Counted from the first letter of the stretch, positions 1 through 9,156 are shown. The stretch: DNA of 27,981 nucleotides from Candidatus Zixiibacteriota bacterium (GCA_041742355.1 JBGSIV010000233.1:1-27981); one strand, 5' to 3'. Made by a program: numbers and translations. Notes: generated by a model from the sequence alone, not told the origin.

Positions 1-1
1 C

Positions 2-865
2 GATGACGGCGAGGACGGCGCTGGCGACATTGGATCGTCCGCCGCTTACGGTGGACATGGCGCCGCTGGCCTCGTTGCGGGTACCGCCGCTGACCACGGA
101 GGAGTCGCCGCTGGCGTTGGGGTTGAAGCCGAAAGCGGTGCCATACGCGCCGGAGTTGCTGGCGGTTTCGCCCACGGCGATTTGCCCGCTCGACCGGATA
201 TCACCGATGGAATCGACGCTGAAGACTGTGTCGGTTCCTGAGGCGCCAAAAATGTAGATGCCCTCCGGGCTGATACTGACGCGCCGGGGGCCGGTGGCAT
301 TCGAGGATGCACCATCTTTGGAATCGACCGGATCATAGAAGTCCATTTGGGCAATTCCTGTGCTCCGCGCCGATATCCTGAGACCGACATCTCCGGAGTT
401 GTCGCGAACCTCAATCGCGTTTCCGGAGGTGTCCAGCACCTCGGGATACACAGCAACGCCGCTGTAGATACTTCCGCCCCGGGAGCCGTCGACAGTGGCG
501 ATGCGGAATGAAAAGGGCACGGCGACCATGGCTGCCCGCGGGGTGAGTTCGGGATCCGCGCCGACGGTGATACCCAGATACCTCCCGGTGTCGCTGAACA
601 CTGTGTCCAGTATCGGATTGACAGATCCGAGAACGATCGAGAAGAAGCCCTCGACAGTTGCGACCGACTGCGTTTCGGTCCAAACGGAAGATCCGCCGAC
701 CGGCGCGTCGTAGAGGGTGAGGGTCACCGAATAATTGCCGTCGGGGACGGCCTCACCGGCCGGGTTGCTCAGCCGGCCCTGGTAGTTGAGCTTGGTAGGT
801 GTAGCGGCCGCAGCCCAGGCCACGAGCAGAAGCACGAGTCCCCCTGTCATGAGCGAAGTACGCAT
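2..865 (-). CDS. Secreted surface protein, partial (runs off the left edge): signal peptide, 'NYQGRL' N-terminal domain, then Gly/Ser/Asn-rich beta-helix (YadA-head/tail-fibre-like) repeats
   Basis: Absent from the ORF track because there is no stop in the window. ATG at 865 with GGAGG RBS; the frame stays open to the edge: MRTSLMTGGLVLLLVAWAAAATPTKLNYQGRLSNPAGEAVPDGNYSVTLTLYDAPVGGSSVWTETQ...SGDSSVVSGGTRNEASGAMSTVSGGRSNVAS. Confidence 0.85.
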   Translation of the reverse strand, partial: MRTSLMTGGLVLLLVAWAAAATPTKLNYQGRLSNPAGEAVPDGNYSVTLTLYDAPVGGSSVWTETQSVATVEGFFSIVLGSVNPILDTVFSDTGRYLGITVGADPELTPRAAMVAVPFSFRIATVDGSRGGSIYSGVAVYPEVLDTSGNAIEVRDNSGDVGLRISARSTGIAQMDFYDPVDSKDGASSNATGPRRVSISPEGIYIFGASGTDTVFSVDSIGDIRSSGQIAVGETASNSGAYGTAFGFNPNASGDSSVVSGGTRNEASGAMSTVSGGRSNVASAVLAVI

Positions 866-982
866 AGGAACCTCCGAGAACAGCGAAACGTGTGGATGTA
901 TCTCTTAAGTCTATTGGCGCTGGGTAAGTCCGGATCCCTGCTTAATCCGGAGTAAATGGCTCTTTTGGATCTACGTACCCGA

Positions 983-1010
983 AATATACCCAGGAACGAT
1001 CAAAGGTCAA
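983..1010 (-). promoter_or_regulatory. Putative sigma70 promoter for the leftward secreted-protein gene
   Basis: Minus strand TTGACC-N16-TATATT, about 120 nt upstream of the ATG at 865. Confidence 0.4.
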
Positions 1011-1115
1011 GGAGAATTTTCAGTACTTTTGGAAGCCCCGCGACTCTGCTCAGGTTGCGCACAATCGTGAATATCACCTGACTGAAAACTCAGCACGCTC
1101 CCCCGCTGTTTCTTT

Positions 1116-1143
1116 TCAAGACCGCTTTTCCCCCGGTCGATAA
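1116..1143 (+). promoter_or_regulatory. sigma28 (FliA/WhiG)-like promoter motif
   Basis: TCAAG-N15-GTCGATAA; the same architecture occurs at 3542-3569. Confidence 0.45.
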
Positions 1144-1321
1144 GACTGGTGACCGGGCATTTCCACAATCCGACTCCGTGATCACATTATCCCGTAAACG
1201 CGGTGGTCACCTCTCCGATCATCTCCCGGGCGACTGCAGCGGCACCTGTGCCGCCGCGCCGGAGGGGGAGGTGGGCCGGAGAGCCGGAAGCGGATCAAAA
1301 CTCAGGAGGAGCGAGAGAAGT

Positions 1322-2014
1322 ATGCGCAGAAGCTACGGAATGACATTCGCGATGAGCTTGGGAGTCTTGTGTATCGGCCTCGAGATGATAAGCGGGTGTT
1401 CCGATTCGGTGTCATCGGACGCCACGATGATCGGGGTAGCGATTCAGGCCGGCCCCCCCGGGTGGAACGGCGTGGTGATGGGGGATGCCTCCGACCAGAT
1501 AACGCAGCTCAATGTGACCCGGGCCCGGGTGGTACTGGGCAAAATCGAGGTCCGGGGAACGGACGACACGGTGGTATTCCGGTCGGATGAGAACACCCCG
1601 ATGATCCTCAATCTGGACCTGAGCGGGCGTTTGCAGGTACTATCCCTCGTGCCGGTGGAACACGGCGAGTACAGCTCGGCCCTGATTCGGATCGAACGGC
1701 TGGAGGCGGAAGACTCGACCGTCTGGAAAGCGCACCCCGATGTGCAGAACCACAGTCTCGTGGTCGAAGGGTTCCTCAACGGCGACCCGGGGCAGCCGTT
1801 TGTCTTCAGCACCGGTCTCGATGAAGAAGCTGGACGCGAGTTCGAGCCGGTGATGATTCAGGACAAGGGTTCGACGGTGATCGTGTTCCAGTTCGACTAC
1901 ACCCAATGGTTCCGCGACGATCTGGGCAACCTGATCAACCCGGACAACGGGCAGCTGGCGGCATGGCGCTCGGTGATCGAAGATAATATTGTCAGCAGCC
2001 TGAGCGTACACTGA
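1322..2014 (+). CDS. Putative lipoprotein (DUF4382-like beta-rich domain)
   Basis: AGGAGG RBS upstream of ATG 1322 (the ORF-track start at 1178 is probably over-extended). Basic N-terminus, hydrophobic stretch and lipobox-like ISG-C, then a beta-rich body with a FDYTQWF...LINP motif. Confidence 0.7.
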   Translation: MRRSYGMTFAMSLGVLCIGLEMISGCSDSVSSDATMIGVAIQAGPPGWNGVVMGDASDQITQLNVTRARVVLGKIEVRGTDDTVVFRSDENTPMILNLDLSGRLQVLSLVPVEHGEYSSALIRIERLEAEDSTVWKAHPDVQNHSLVVEGFLNGDPGQPFVFSTGLDEEAGREFEPVMIQDKGSTVIVFQFDYTQWFRDDLGNLINPDNGQLAAWRSVIEDNIVSSLSVH

Positions 2015-2054
2015 GGCTGACCCACCAGGCACTCTCCCTTCTTCCCAGCCACGT

Positions 2055-2088
2055 GCCGGGGCTTCCCCGTGGAAGCCCCGGCTTTCTT
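2055..2088 (+). terminator. Intrinsic terminator or REP-like hairpin after the lipoprotein gene
   Basis: Perfect 12-bp stem GCCGGGGCTTCC-ccgt-GGAAGCCCCGGC followed by TTTCTT. A GTGC tetranucleotide overlaps the stem foot, as in REPs. Confidence 0.6.
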
Positions 2089-2305
2089 GTGCCCCGGCAG
2101 GGGTGTGGACCGGCGGAACAGACGTCGCGGGCGGTACGTTCCACAGGTAACGCAGCGAAAGACTTACCCGGCGGATCGGCAGTTCCAGGAAGAGGAACCC
2201 ACCTTGAGTTGTGGGGCCCAAAGAAGAGTGGGGCACCGGGGAGACACCGTCGAACGGAGGCTCTTCCTGGCAGCAGCCGTGGCAACACGCACCCGATCGG
2301 GCACA
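2088..2305 (+). ncRNA. Candidate multi-branched structured RNA of unknown family
   Basis: Nested stems: 2088-94/2299-2305, 2101-07/2288-94, 2115-19/2138-42, 2146-50/2164-68, 2177-80/2276-79, 2185-94/2261-70 (10 bp perfect), 2198-2202/2211-15, 2216-19/2231-34, 2247-50/2254-57. Confidence 0.45.
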
Positions 2306-2333
2306 TGGAAGCAATGAGAAGGAGTAAACTGGT

Positions 2334-3137
2334 ATGGAGAAGAGGCTGCGCGGGCAGACGGCGATAGTGACCGGAGGCAACACCGGGATCGGCGAAGCGA
2401 TGTGTGAAGCGCTGGGAGCCGAAGGCGCGAATGTCGTGATCAACTACCACAGCCATGAGGAGCAGGCGGAGGAACTCAAGGCGCGGATCGAGAAGGGGGG
2501 TTCCAAGGCGCTGGCGATCAAGGGAGATATATCCAAAGAAGACGCCGTGATCCGGATGGTCGAGCGGGCGGTGGAAACGTTCGGCCGGATTGATATCATG
2601 TGCGCGAACGCGGGGATCCAGGCGGACGGCAAGTCGGTGGAGCTGACACTGGACGAGTGGCAGCGGGTGATCGATGTCAACCTGACCGGGGCGTTCCTCT
2701 GTGCGCGGGAGGCGGCGCGCCAGTTCCTGAAGCAGGGGCTGTCGCCGAAGATCTCGAAAGCGGCGGGCAAGATCATCTTCACGAGTTCGGTGCACGAGGA
2801 GATTCCGTGGGAGTCGGCGCCGAACTACTGCGCCGCAAAGGGGGGCGTGCGGATGCTGATGCGAAGTATGGCGCAGGAGCTGGCGCCGCGGCGAATTCGG
2901 GTGATGGGAATCGGGCCGGGGTCGATCAAGACGAAGATCAACGCGGAGGCCTGGGCGACGAAAGAGAAGGAGCGGGAAGAAGTCGAGCGGTTCATTCCGT
3001 ACGGGCGGTGGGGGGAGCCGGTGGATATCGGGAAAGTGGCGGCATGGCTCGCCTCGGATGAGGCGGATTATATTACGGGGACGACGATATTCGTGGACGG
3101 GGGTATGCTGCTGTATCCGAGTTTCCGGGAAGGGTGA
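2334..3137 (+). CDS. Short-chain dehydrogenase/reductase, glucose 1-dehydrogenase-like
   Basis: TGGNTGIG Rossmann motif, NAG, SSVHE, catalytic YCAAK, C-terminal YITGTTIFVDGGM; AAGGAG RBS. Confidence 0.9.
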   Translation: MEKRLRGQTAIVTGGNTGIGEAMCEALGAEGANVVINYHSHEEQAEELKARIEKGGSKALAIKGDISKEDAVIRMVERAVETFGRIDIMCANAGIQADGKSVELTLDEWQRVIDVNLTGAFLCAREAARQFLKQGLSPKISKAAGKIIFTSSVHEEIPWESAPNYCAAKGGVRMLMRSMAQELAPRRIRVMGIGPGSIKTKINAEAWATKEKEREEVERFIPYGRWGEPVDIGKVAAWLASDEADYITGTTIFVDGGMLLYPSFREG

Positions 3138-3175
3138 GGTTGCATCGACAGAGGCCGAAGCAGTACATTGGGCGC

Positions 3176-3400
3176 ATGGAGTGGTCATACTATCTGAAGC
3201 TGCTGGGGCTGAGTGTCGGGGTGGTGGTGGTGCGGCTCATGCTGGGAATGGGGATGTTTCGGGGGCCGGATGTGGAGTATGTGTTCGACGCCACGAAATC
3301 GGGATGGAAGCGGCTGTCCGTGCTGCTGCTGCTGATCGCGGTGGTGTTCGTGGTGCTGGTCGCGTTGATGGCGTGGTATCGGGCGGAGGGGAATCAGTAA
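3176..3400 (+). CDS. Small two-TM membrane protein (74 aa)
   Basis: MEWSYYLKLLGLSVGVVVVRLMLG...RLSVLLLLIAVVFVVLVALMAWY: two hydrophobic helices and host-like codon usage. Confidence 0.6.
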   Translation: MEWSYYLKLLGLSVGVVVVRLMLGMGMFRGPDVEYVFDATKSGWKRLSVLLLLIAVVFVVLVALMAWYRAEGNQ

Positions 3401-3541
3401 GGGGCATTCGAGCGGCAGACAGCCTGGCCACTGCCTCTTCCACGAGAGTGCCGGTGGAATAACGGATTTCCCGGAGTAACCGCCTCTCCCGCATCGTCAT
3501 TCGGCGCAAAGCACGGCTTTCCGGCGGCACCCGCACTGCTC

Positions 3542-3569
3542 TCAAGTTTCCCCTCCGCCGCGCCGTTAA
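3542..3569 (+). promoter_or_regulatory. sigma28-like promoter motif
   Basis: TCAAGTTT...GCCGTTAA (TCAAG-N15-GCCGTTAA), ending 8 nt upstream of the kinase ATG. Confidence 0.45.
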
Positions 3570-3576
3570 TAGGAGT

Positions 3577-4527
3577 ATGGAGCAAACGTTACCGTACCAG
3601 ATCCTGCACTATGTGCTGGCTGAGCGAATCGCCGAGAGCCGGACCGGGGATGTCTACAAAGCCTGGGACAGCGTGCTGGAGCGGTTTGTCGCTATCAAGC
3701 TGATTAATCCGGAGCTGATGGCCAGTACCGCTTACCGGGCGCAGGTGCTCTCGACGTTGCGCGAACTGGCCGACACCGATCACCCGAATATCTGCTCGCT
3801 CTACGGCGTGCACAAGGTGGACGACGCGTATTTCGTGGCGATGGAGCTCGTGGAAGGGGAATCGCTGCGGGATCGCCTGCGCCGGGGGCCGCTGGATATG
3901 GCGACGTTTCACCGGGTGGCATCGGGAATTGCGGGGGCGCTGAACCATGCGCACCAGCGGGGAATCGTGCACGGCAACCTGACGCCGCACAATATTCTCA
4001 TCCGGGAAGACGGCGAGCTGCGTGTGATGGATTTCGGCTACTGCACGCTGGCGATCGAGCGGGAACGGCCGGACAGCGTAAAGCCGGTCGAGACGGTGCG
4101 CTACCGCTCGCCGGAACATGTCACCGGGGAGGAACTGGGGCAGTCGGCCGACCTGTTTTCGGCGGGGTCGATTCTGTACGAGTGCCTCGCCGGGGCGCCG
4201 GCGTTCGGGGGGGTGTCGGTGCCGGTGATCGAAGAACGCATTCTGAAAGAAGAGCCGGACTTCCGCCTCCTGCAGCCCGACCGCCGGACGCCCGGGGATG
4301 TCGCACTGGTGCTCGAAAAGCTGCTGGCCAAGAAACAGGCGGACCGGTTTTTGTCGACGGCCGAACTGGTGGTGACGCTGACCGAGATCGTCAGTTTCGA
4401 GAAGGCCAGCCCGGTCCGGGAGTTCTTCGAGGTGGCGCCGCGGTCGCCCCGGCAGTACCTGATGCTGTCTTTGCTGGCGGCGCTCCTGATCATATTCTGG
4501 CTGGTTATTACGACCGTCAACCACTGA
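3577..4527 (+). CDS. Hanks-type Ser/Thr kinase-fold protein with a C-terminal TM anchor; probable pseudokinase
   Basis: VAIK, HPNI, MELVEG, DFG, YRSPE and DLFSAG are present. The Gly-rich loop is degenerate (IAESRTGDVY) and the catalytic loop reads HGNLTPHN rather than HRDxKPxN. C-terminal hydrophobic helix. Confidence 0.85.
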   Translation: MEQTLPYQILHYVLAERIAESRTGDVYKAWDSVLERFVAIKLINPELMASTAYRAQVLSTLRELADTDHPNICSLYGVHKVDDAYFVAMELVEGESLRDRLRRGPLDMATFHRVASGIAGALNHAHQRGIVHGNLTPHNILIREDGELRVMDFGYCTLAIERERPDSVKPVETVRYRSPEHVTGEELGQSADLFSAGSILYECLAGAPAFGGVSVPVIEERILKEEPDFRLLQPDRRTPGDVALVLEKLLAKKQADRFLSTAELVVTLTEIVSFEKASPVREFFEVAPRSPRQYLMLSLLAALLIIFWLVITTVNH

Positions 4528-4676
4528 CGCAGCCGTAACCGTCACCCGTTCAGATTCTTCCCTGTCGCAGCGATTACGCGCCCGCACGCGCAATCCCAAA
4601 AAGGTATTTACCCGTCGGGGAAAAAGGGCTATCTTGTGGGGTTTGCGTTCGATACCAACCGAGGAGGCCAACACGC

Positions 4677-7085
4677 GTGTCGACATATAAGATTGTTCAC
4701 AACGGTGAAGTAATTGCGATCCAGAGCCGCCAGTGTGTGATTCCGCTGCGGGATGTGGTCGTATTTCCGCACATGATTTACCCGCTCCTGATCGGGCGGG
4801 AGTTTACAGTTAAAGCGCTGCGCGAGGCGATGGACGGAGACCGTCAGGTCCTCCTGCTCGCCCAGAAGGTGGCCGGGGTGGACAACCCCGAAGCGGGCGA
4901 CCTGTACGATGTGGGCCTGGTGGCGCGCATCCTGCAGGTGATGAAGATGCCCAACGGGACCTTCAAAGTCCTCGTCGAAGGGCTGGTGCGGGCGTACGTG
5001 TCCTCGTTCATCAAGGCCGAGGATTACCTGCAGGTGCGAATCAACGTGCACCCGGCCGAAGAGCCGAACCATGACCGGGAGATCGAAGCCCTGTCGCGCT
5101 CGGTGTCGGAGTTGTTCTCGGAGTACGTGCACTTGAATCGCCGGGTGCCCGACGAAGTGCTGGTCGCGCTGGCGTCGATCGAGCAGTACCACCAGCAGGC
5201 CGATACGATCGCGGCCCACCTTTTGACGCGCAAGGAGACCAAGCAGGAGCTGCTCGAGACGTTCGACATCAAGAAGCAGTTCCTCACGCTGGCGCGGATC
5301 CTCAAGGAAGAAATCGAGATCCTCAAGATCGAGCACAAGATCGACGGGGATGTGCGCGAGTCGATGTCGCGCTCGCAGCGGGAGTTCTACCTGCAGCAGC
5401 AGCTCAAGGCGATCAAGGATGAACTCGGGCAGTTCGACGAGCCGGGGGCGGAAGTCGATGACCTCTACGGCCAGCTCGAGAGCCGTGAGTACCCCGATTC
5501 GGTGGTCGAGAAGGCCGAAGAGGAGATCAAGAAGCTCTCCAAGATGCATCCGTACTCGGCCGAGGCGGGCGTGATTCGCGGGTATATCGAGTGGCTGCTG
5601 GCCCTGCCCTGGGGAGATCACACCGAGGACCGTGTGGATTTCAAAGCGGTGCGGGCAATTCTCGACGGGGATCATTTTGGATTGGAGAAAGCCAAACAGC
5701 GGATCCTGGAGCACCTCGCGGTGATTCGCCTGGCCGGCAAGGTGCGCGGGCCGATCCTCTGCCTGGTCGGGCCGCCCGGAGTCGGGAAAACCTCGGTGGG
5801 GCGGTCGATCGCACGGGCGCTGGACCGGAAGTTCGTGCGCATGTCGCTGGGCGGCGTGCACGACGAGTCTGAGATCCGCGGGCACCGCCGGACCTACATT
5901 GGCGCGATGCCGGGGCGGATTATCCAGGGACTCAAGCGCGCGGGTTCATCGAACCCGGTCTTCCTGCTCGATGAGATCGACAAGGTCGGCGCCGATTTCC
6001 GCGGAGATCCCGCCGCGGCGCTCCTTGAGGTCCTCGACCCGGAGCAGAACAGCACGTTCTCGGACAACTACCTCGAGCTGGAGTATGACCTCTCGAATAT
6101 CCTCTTTATCACGACGGCCAACTCGATGGGAACGGTTCCGCCGGCGCTGCGGGATCGCATGGAGATCATTCGTCTGCCCGGCTACCTCGATTTCGAGAAG
6201 GCGGCGATCGCCCGCGACTACCTCCTGCCGAAGCTGGTCGAACAGCTCGGGCTGAAGAACACGGTGGTGGAATTCAAGCCGGAGGCGATGCTGGAACTGG
6301 TCCACAGCTACACCCGCGAAGCCGGGGTGCGCGAGCTGGAGCGCCAGATGAGCGCGGTGCTGCGCAAAACGGCGGTCGAGGTGGCCGAGGGAAAGAAGCT
6401 GCGGAAACTGACGATCACCAAGCCGAAGGTGCAGACGCTGCTCGGCGCGCCGAAGTATGTCGGCACGAACATCAAGTGCGAAGCGACTGTCGGCTACGCG
6501 GTCGGCATGGCGTGGACGGAGCTCGGCGGCGAGGTGCTGCCGGTCGAGGTCGCGCCGATGTCCGGCAAGGGAAAGCTGACCATGACCGGATCGCTCGGCG
6601 ACGTGATGCAGGAATCGGCGACAGCGGCCCTCTCCTACATCCGCAACCACGCGGTGATGTTCAACCTGAAAGAAGACTTTTTCGAGAAGATCGACCTGCA
6701 CGTGCACCTGCCCGAAGGGGCGGTGCCGAAAGATGGCCCCTCGGCGGGAGTTACCCTGCTGATCGCGATCCTGTCGTCGCTGACTGAAATAGCGGTCCGC
6801 ACCGACATTGCGATGACGGGCGAGATGACCCTGACCGGCGACGTGCTGGCGGTGGGCGGATTGAACGAGAAGCTCCTTGCGGCCAAACGGATCGGGATCA
6901 TGCAGGTGGTTGTGCCGGAAAAGAACCGCAAGGATATCCGGGAGCTGCAGCCGGATCTGCTCAAGGGGCTGCAGATACACTATGTGCGGACAGTCCGCGA
7001 GGTGATTCGCCTGGCGATGGTGAAGGATCCGGTGGTGCGCACCGGCGTGAAGGCGAGTTTCCGGATCGGGGGCGCGGCCCGGTAG
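4677..7085 (+). CDS. lon: ATP-dependent Lon protease (endopeptidase La)
   Basis: LON N-domain (IPLRDVVVFP), Walker A GPPGVGKT, Walker B LLDEIDK, catalytic Ser in PKDGPSAG and Lys in GLNEKLLAA; GAGGAGG RBS before the GTG start. Confidence 0.97.
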   Translation: MSTYKIVHNGEVIAIQSRQCVIPLRDVVVFPHMIYPLLIGREFTVKALREAMDGDRQVLLLAQKVAGVDNPEAGDLYDVGLVARILQVMKMPNGTFKVLVEGLVRAYVSSFIKAEDYLQVRINVHPAEEPNHDREIEALSRSVSELFSEYVHLNRRVPDEVLVALASIEQYHQQADTIAAHLLTRKETKQELLETFDIKKQFLTLARILKEEIEILKIEHKIDGDVRESMSRSQREFYLQQQLKAIKDELGQFDEPGAEVDDLYGQLESREYPDSVVEKAEEEIKKLSKMHPYSAEAGVIRGYIEWLLALPWGDHTEDRVDFKAVRAILDGDHFGLEKAKQRILEHLAVIRLAGKVRGPILCLVGPPGVGKTSVGRSIARALDRKFVRMSLGGVHDESEIRGHRRTYIGAMPGRIIQGLKRAGSSNPVFLLDEIDKVGADFRGDPAAALLEVLDPEQNSTFSDNYLELEYDLSNILFITTANSMGTVPPALRDRMEIIRLPGYLDFEKAAIARDYLLPKLVEQLGLKNTVVEFKPEAMLELVHSYTREAGVRELERQMSAVLRKTAVEVAEGKKLRKLTITKPKVQTLLGAPKYVGTNIKCEATVGYAVGMAWTELGGEVLPVEVAPMSGKGKLTMTGSLGDVMQESATAALSYIRNHAVMFNLKEDFFEKIDLHVHLPEGAVPKDGPSAGVTLLIAILSSLTEIAVRTDIAMTGEMTLTGDVLAVGGLNEKLLAAKRIGIMQVVVPEKNRKDIRELQPDLLKGLQIHYVRTVREVIRLAMVKDPVVRTGVKASFRIGGAAR

Positions 7086-7114
7086 AGGCTCGCTCGGTGA
7101 CATTCAAGTATTGC

Positions 7115-7212
7115 GTAGGGGGCGGCCTCGTGTCGCCCCAAGGTTTCGCGGCAGATGAGGACATCTGCCGCGCACGAATCCTGCACGGACACATTGCGCG
7201 TGTCCGTGGCAC
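7115..7212. repeat. Mosaic of three different REP-like palindromes in the lon-engB spacer
   Basis: GTAG-GGGGCGGC-ctcgt-GTCGCCCC (7115-39); CGCGGCAGATG-agga-CATCTGCCGCG-CAC (7147-75; RAYT-associated family, minus orientation); CACGGACAC-attgcgc-GTGTCCGTG-GCAC (7184-7212). Confidence 0.75.
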
Positions 7213-7251
7213 AAGGCCAACAGAAAGCAAACAGATCGACAGCAAGCGGTA

Positions 7252-7860
7252 ATGGCAGGTTCGGTAAAGATCAAATCATGCGAATTTGTCGGGTCTTTCG
7301 TGAAACCGAACCAGGTTCCGAAGGATATGCGGCCGCATATCGCTTTTGCCGGGCGATCCAATGTCGGCAAGTCATCGCTGCTGAACCGTCTGGTCGGGCA
7401 GAAGCGGATGGCCAAGGTGTCGCAGGATCCGGGCAAGACGCGCGCCCTCAATTTCTTTCTCATCAACGACCGTTTCTACTTCGTGGATCTGCCCGGATAC
7501 GGATACGCCAAGGTGTCCAAGCAGCTGCGGGAGTCGTGGGGAAAGCTGATCGAGGAGTACCTCAACAAGGATACCCACCTGATCGGGCTGGTGCTGCTTC
7601 TGGATTGCCGCCGGGATCCGACCGAGGAAGATTACGAACTGCTCGGCTGGCTGGCGGAGCGGAAAATCCCGGCGATGATTGCGGTGACCAAGACCGACAA
7701 GCTCAGCCGGGACAAGGCCAACCGGAAGGTCGCCGAGGTGCAGCGGGCGTTCGATGCGCCGGCGATCGCGTTTTCGGCGGTGGATGGCACGGGCAAAAAC
7801 GAACTGCTCGGGGCCATATTTGAACTCGTAAACGATCATTTCGCGCATACAAAGGCATAG
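7252..7860 (+). CDS. engB: Ribosome biogenesis GTPase EngB/YihA/YsxC
   Basis: G1 GRSNVGKSS, G2 PGKT, G3 DLPGYGY, G4 TKTDK; conserved position after lon. Confidence 0.96.
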   Translation: MAGSVKIKSCEFVGSFVKPNQVPKDMRPHIAFAGRSNVGKSSLLNRLVGQKRMAKVSQDPGKTRALNFFLINDRFYFVDLPGYGYAKVSKQLRESWGKLIEEYLNKDTHLIGLVLLLDCRRDPTEEDYELLGWLAERKIPAMIAVTKTDKLSRDKANRKVAEVQRAFDAPAIAFSAVDGTGKNELLGAIFELVNDHFAHTKA

Positions 7861-7862
7861 GA

Positions 7863-9140
7863 ATGGCTAAGAACAAAGTTGTCGTTGGCTGCCAGTGGGG
7901 GGATGAGGGTAAAGGCAAGATTGTCGACCTGCTGGCGGCCGAAGCCGATGTCATCGCCCGGTTCCAGGGAGGGGCGAACGCCGGCCACACAATCGTGGTG
8001 GGTGACCGCAAGTATGTCCTCCACCTGATCCCCTCGGGGATCATCCATCCCGGCAAGGAATGTTATATCGGCAACGGCGTGGTGCTCGATCCGTTCGGGT
8101 TGAAAGAGGAACTCGAGGTGCTGCGGAACCAGGGGATCGAATACGCCGGGCGGCTCTGGGTTTCCCCCGCCACCAACCTCGTGCTGCCGTACCACAAGCT
8201 GATCGACGTGATCCAGGAGAACAGCCGCGGCACCGGGTCGATCGGCACGACCGGGCGCGGGATCGGGCCGGCGTACGTCGACAAGGTCGCGCGGCACGGG
8301 ATCCGGGTGGTCGATCTGTTCAGCCCCGAACGCCTGAAAAAACGCCTCGAGTACCACCGGACGATCAAGCAGGAATACCTCGAGGGCTCGACCGACGAGC
8401 GGGCCGATATCGACCGGACGTACGACGAACTGATGAAGCTGGTGCCGATGCTGGAACCGCTGGTGACCGACGTGTCGCTGGCGCTCTACAAGGCGCACCG
8501 GGCCGGCCGAAAGATTCTGTTTGAGGGAGCGCAGGGAACGATGCTCGATGTCGACCTGGGGACATACCCGTTCGCGACCTCGTCGAATACGACGGTGGGC
8601 GGGGCGCTCACCGGGCTGGGGATCGGGCCGCAGATGATCGACGAAGTGGTCGGCGTGATCAAGGCGTACACGACGCGGGTCGGCGCCGGGCCGTTCCCGA
8701 CCGAGCTGGTCGATGAAATCGGCGAGATGCTGCGGCGGTGCGGGGATGAGTACGGTTCGACCACGGGCCGTCCGCGGCGCTGCGGGTGGCTGGATCTGGT
8801 CCAACTGCGCCACGCGGTGCGGGTGAACGGGGTCGACTCGGTCGCGATCACCAAGCTCGATGTGCTCGACGGCATGGAGCAGATCAACGTGTGTACCGGA
8901 TATCAACTCGATGGCGAGACTATAACCGACGTCCCGCTTGACCTGGCGCAGCTGGCCCACGTCAAGCCGATTTACCGCACCCTGCGGGGATGGCAGGGGC
9001 GGACGACCGGGCTGACGACGTTTGCGGATCTGCCGGAGAACGCGCGCCAGTACCTGAACGACCTCGCGAGCGACCTGCAGGTGAATATCGCGATCGTGTC
9101 GACCGGCGCGCGCCGGCACGAGACGATCGCGGTGGGGTGA
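7863..9140 (+). CDS. purA: Adenylosuccinate synthetase
   Basis: [48 protein letters not shown] and TKLDVL motifs. Confidence 0.98.
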   Translation: MAKNKVVVGCQWGDEGKGKIVDLLAAEADVIARFQGGANAGHTIVVGDRKYVLHLIPSGIIHPGKECYIGNGVVLDPFGLKEELEVLRNQGIEYAGRLWVSPATNLVLPYHKLIDVIQENSRGTGSIGTTGRGIGPAYVDKVARHGIRVVDLFSPERLKKRLEYHRTIKQEYLEGSTDERADIDRTYDELMKLVPMLEPLVTDVSLALYKAHRAGRKILFEGAQGTMLDVDLGTYPFATSSNTTVGGALTGLGIGPQMIDEVVGVIKAYTTRVGAGPFPTELVDEIGEMLRRCGDEYGSTTGRPRRCGWLDLVQLRHAVRVNGVDSVAITKLDVLDGMEQINVCTGYQLDGETITDVPLDLAQLAHVKPIYRTLRGWQGRTTGLTTFADLPENARQYLNDLASDLQVNIAIVSTGARRHETIAVG

Positions 9141-9156
9141 GCGGAGAGCCGCGGAA

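Noticed and set aside
2088..2305. Identification as 6S RNA, SRP RNA or a ydaO/c-di-GMP riboswitch
   Set aside because: It has no rod with a symmetric central bubble, no SRP CAGG...GGAA...AGCAG helix, and lacks the conserved riboswitch segments.
2053..2367. Small ORFs 2053-2367 and 2069-2317
   Set aside because: They have no RBS or protein-like composition, and they span a terminator and the structured-RNA candidate.
3401..3540. Possible cobalamin riboswitch (GCCACTG)
   Set aside because: The other B12-box elements (AGGGAA, GCCCCCGCAACTGT, AGYCAGRAGACC) are missing.
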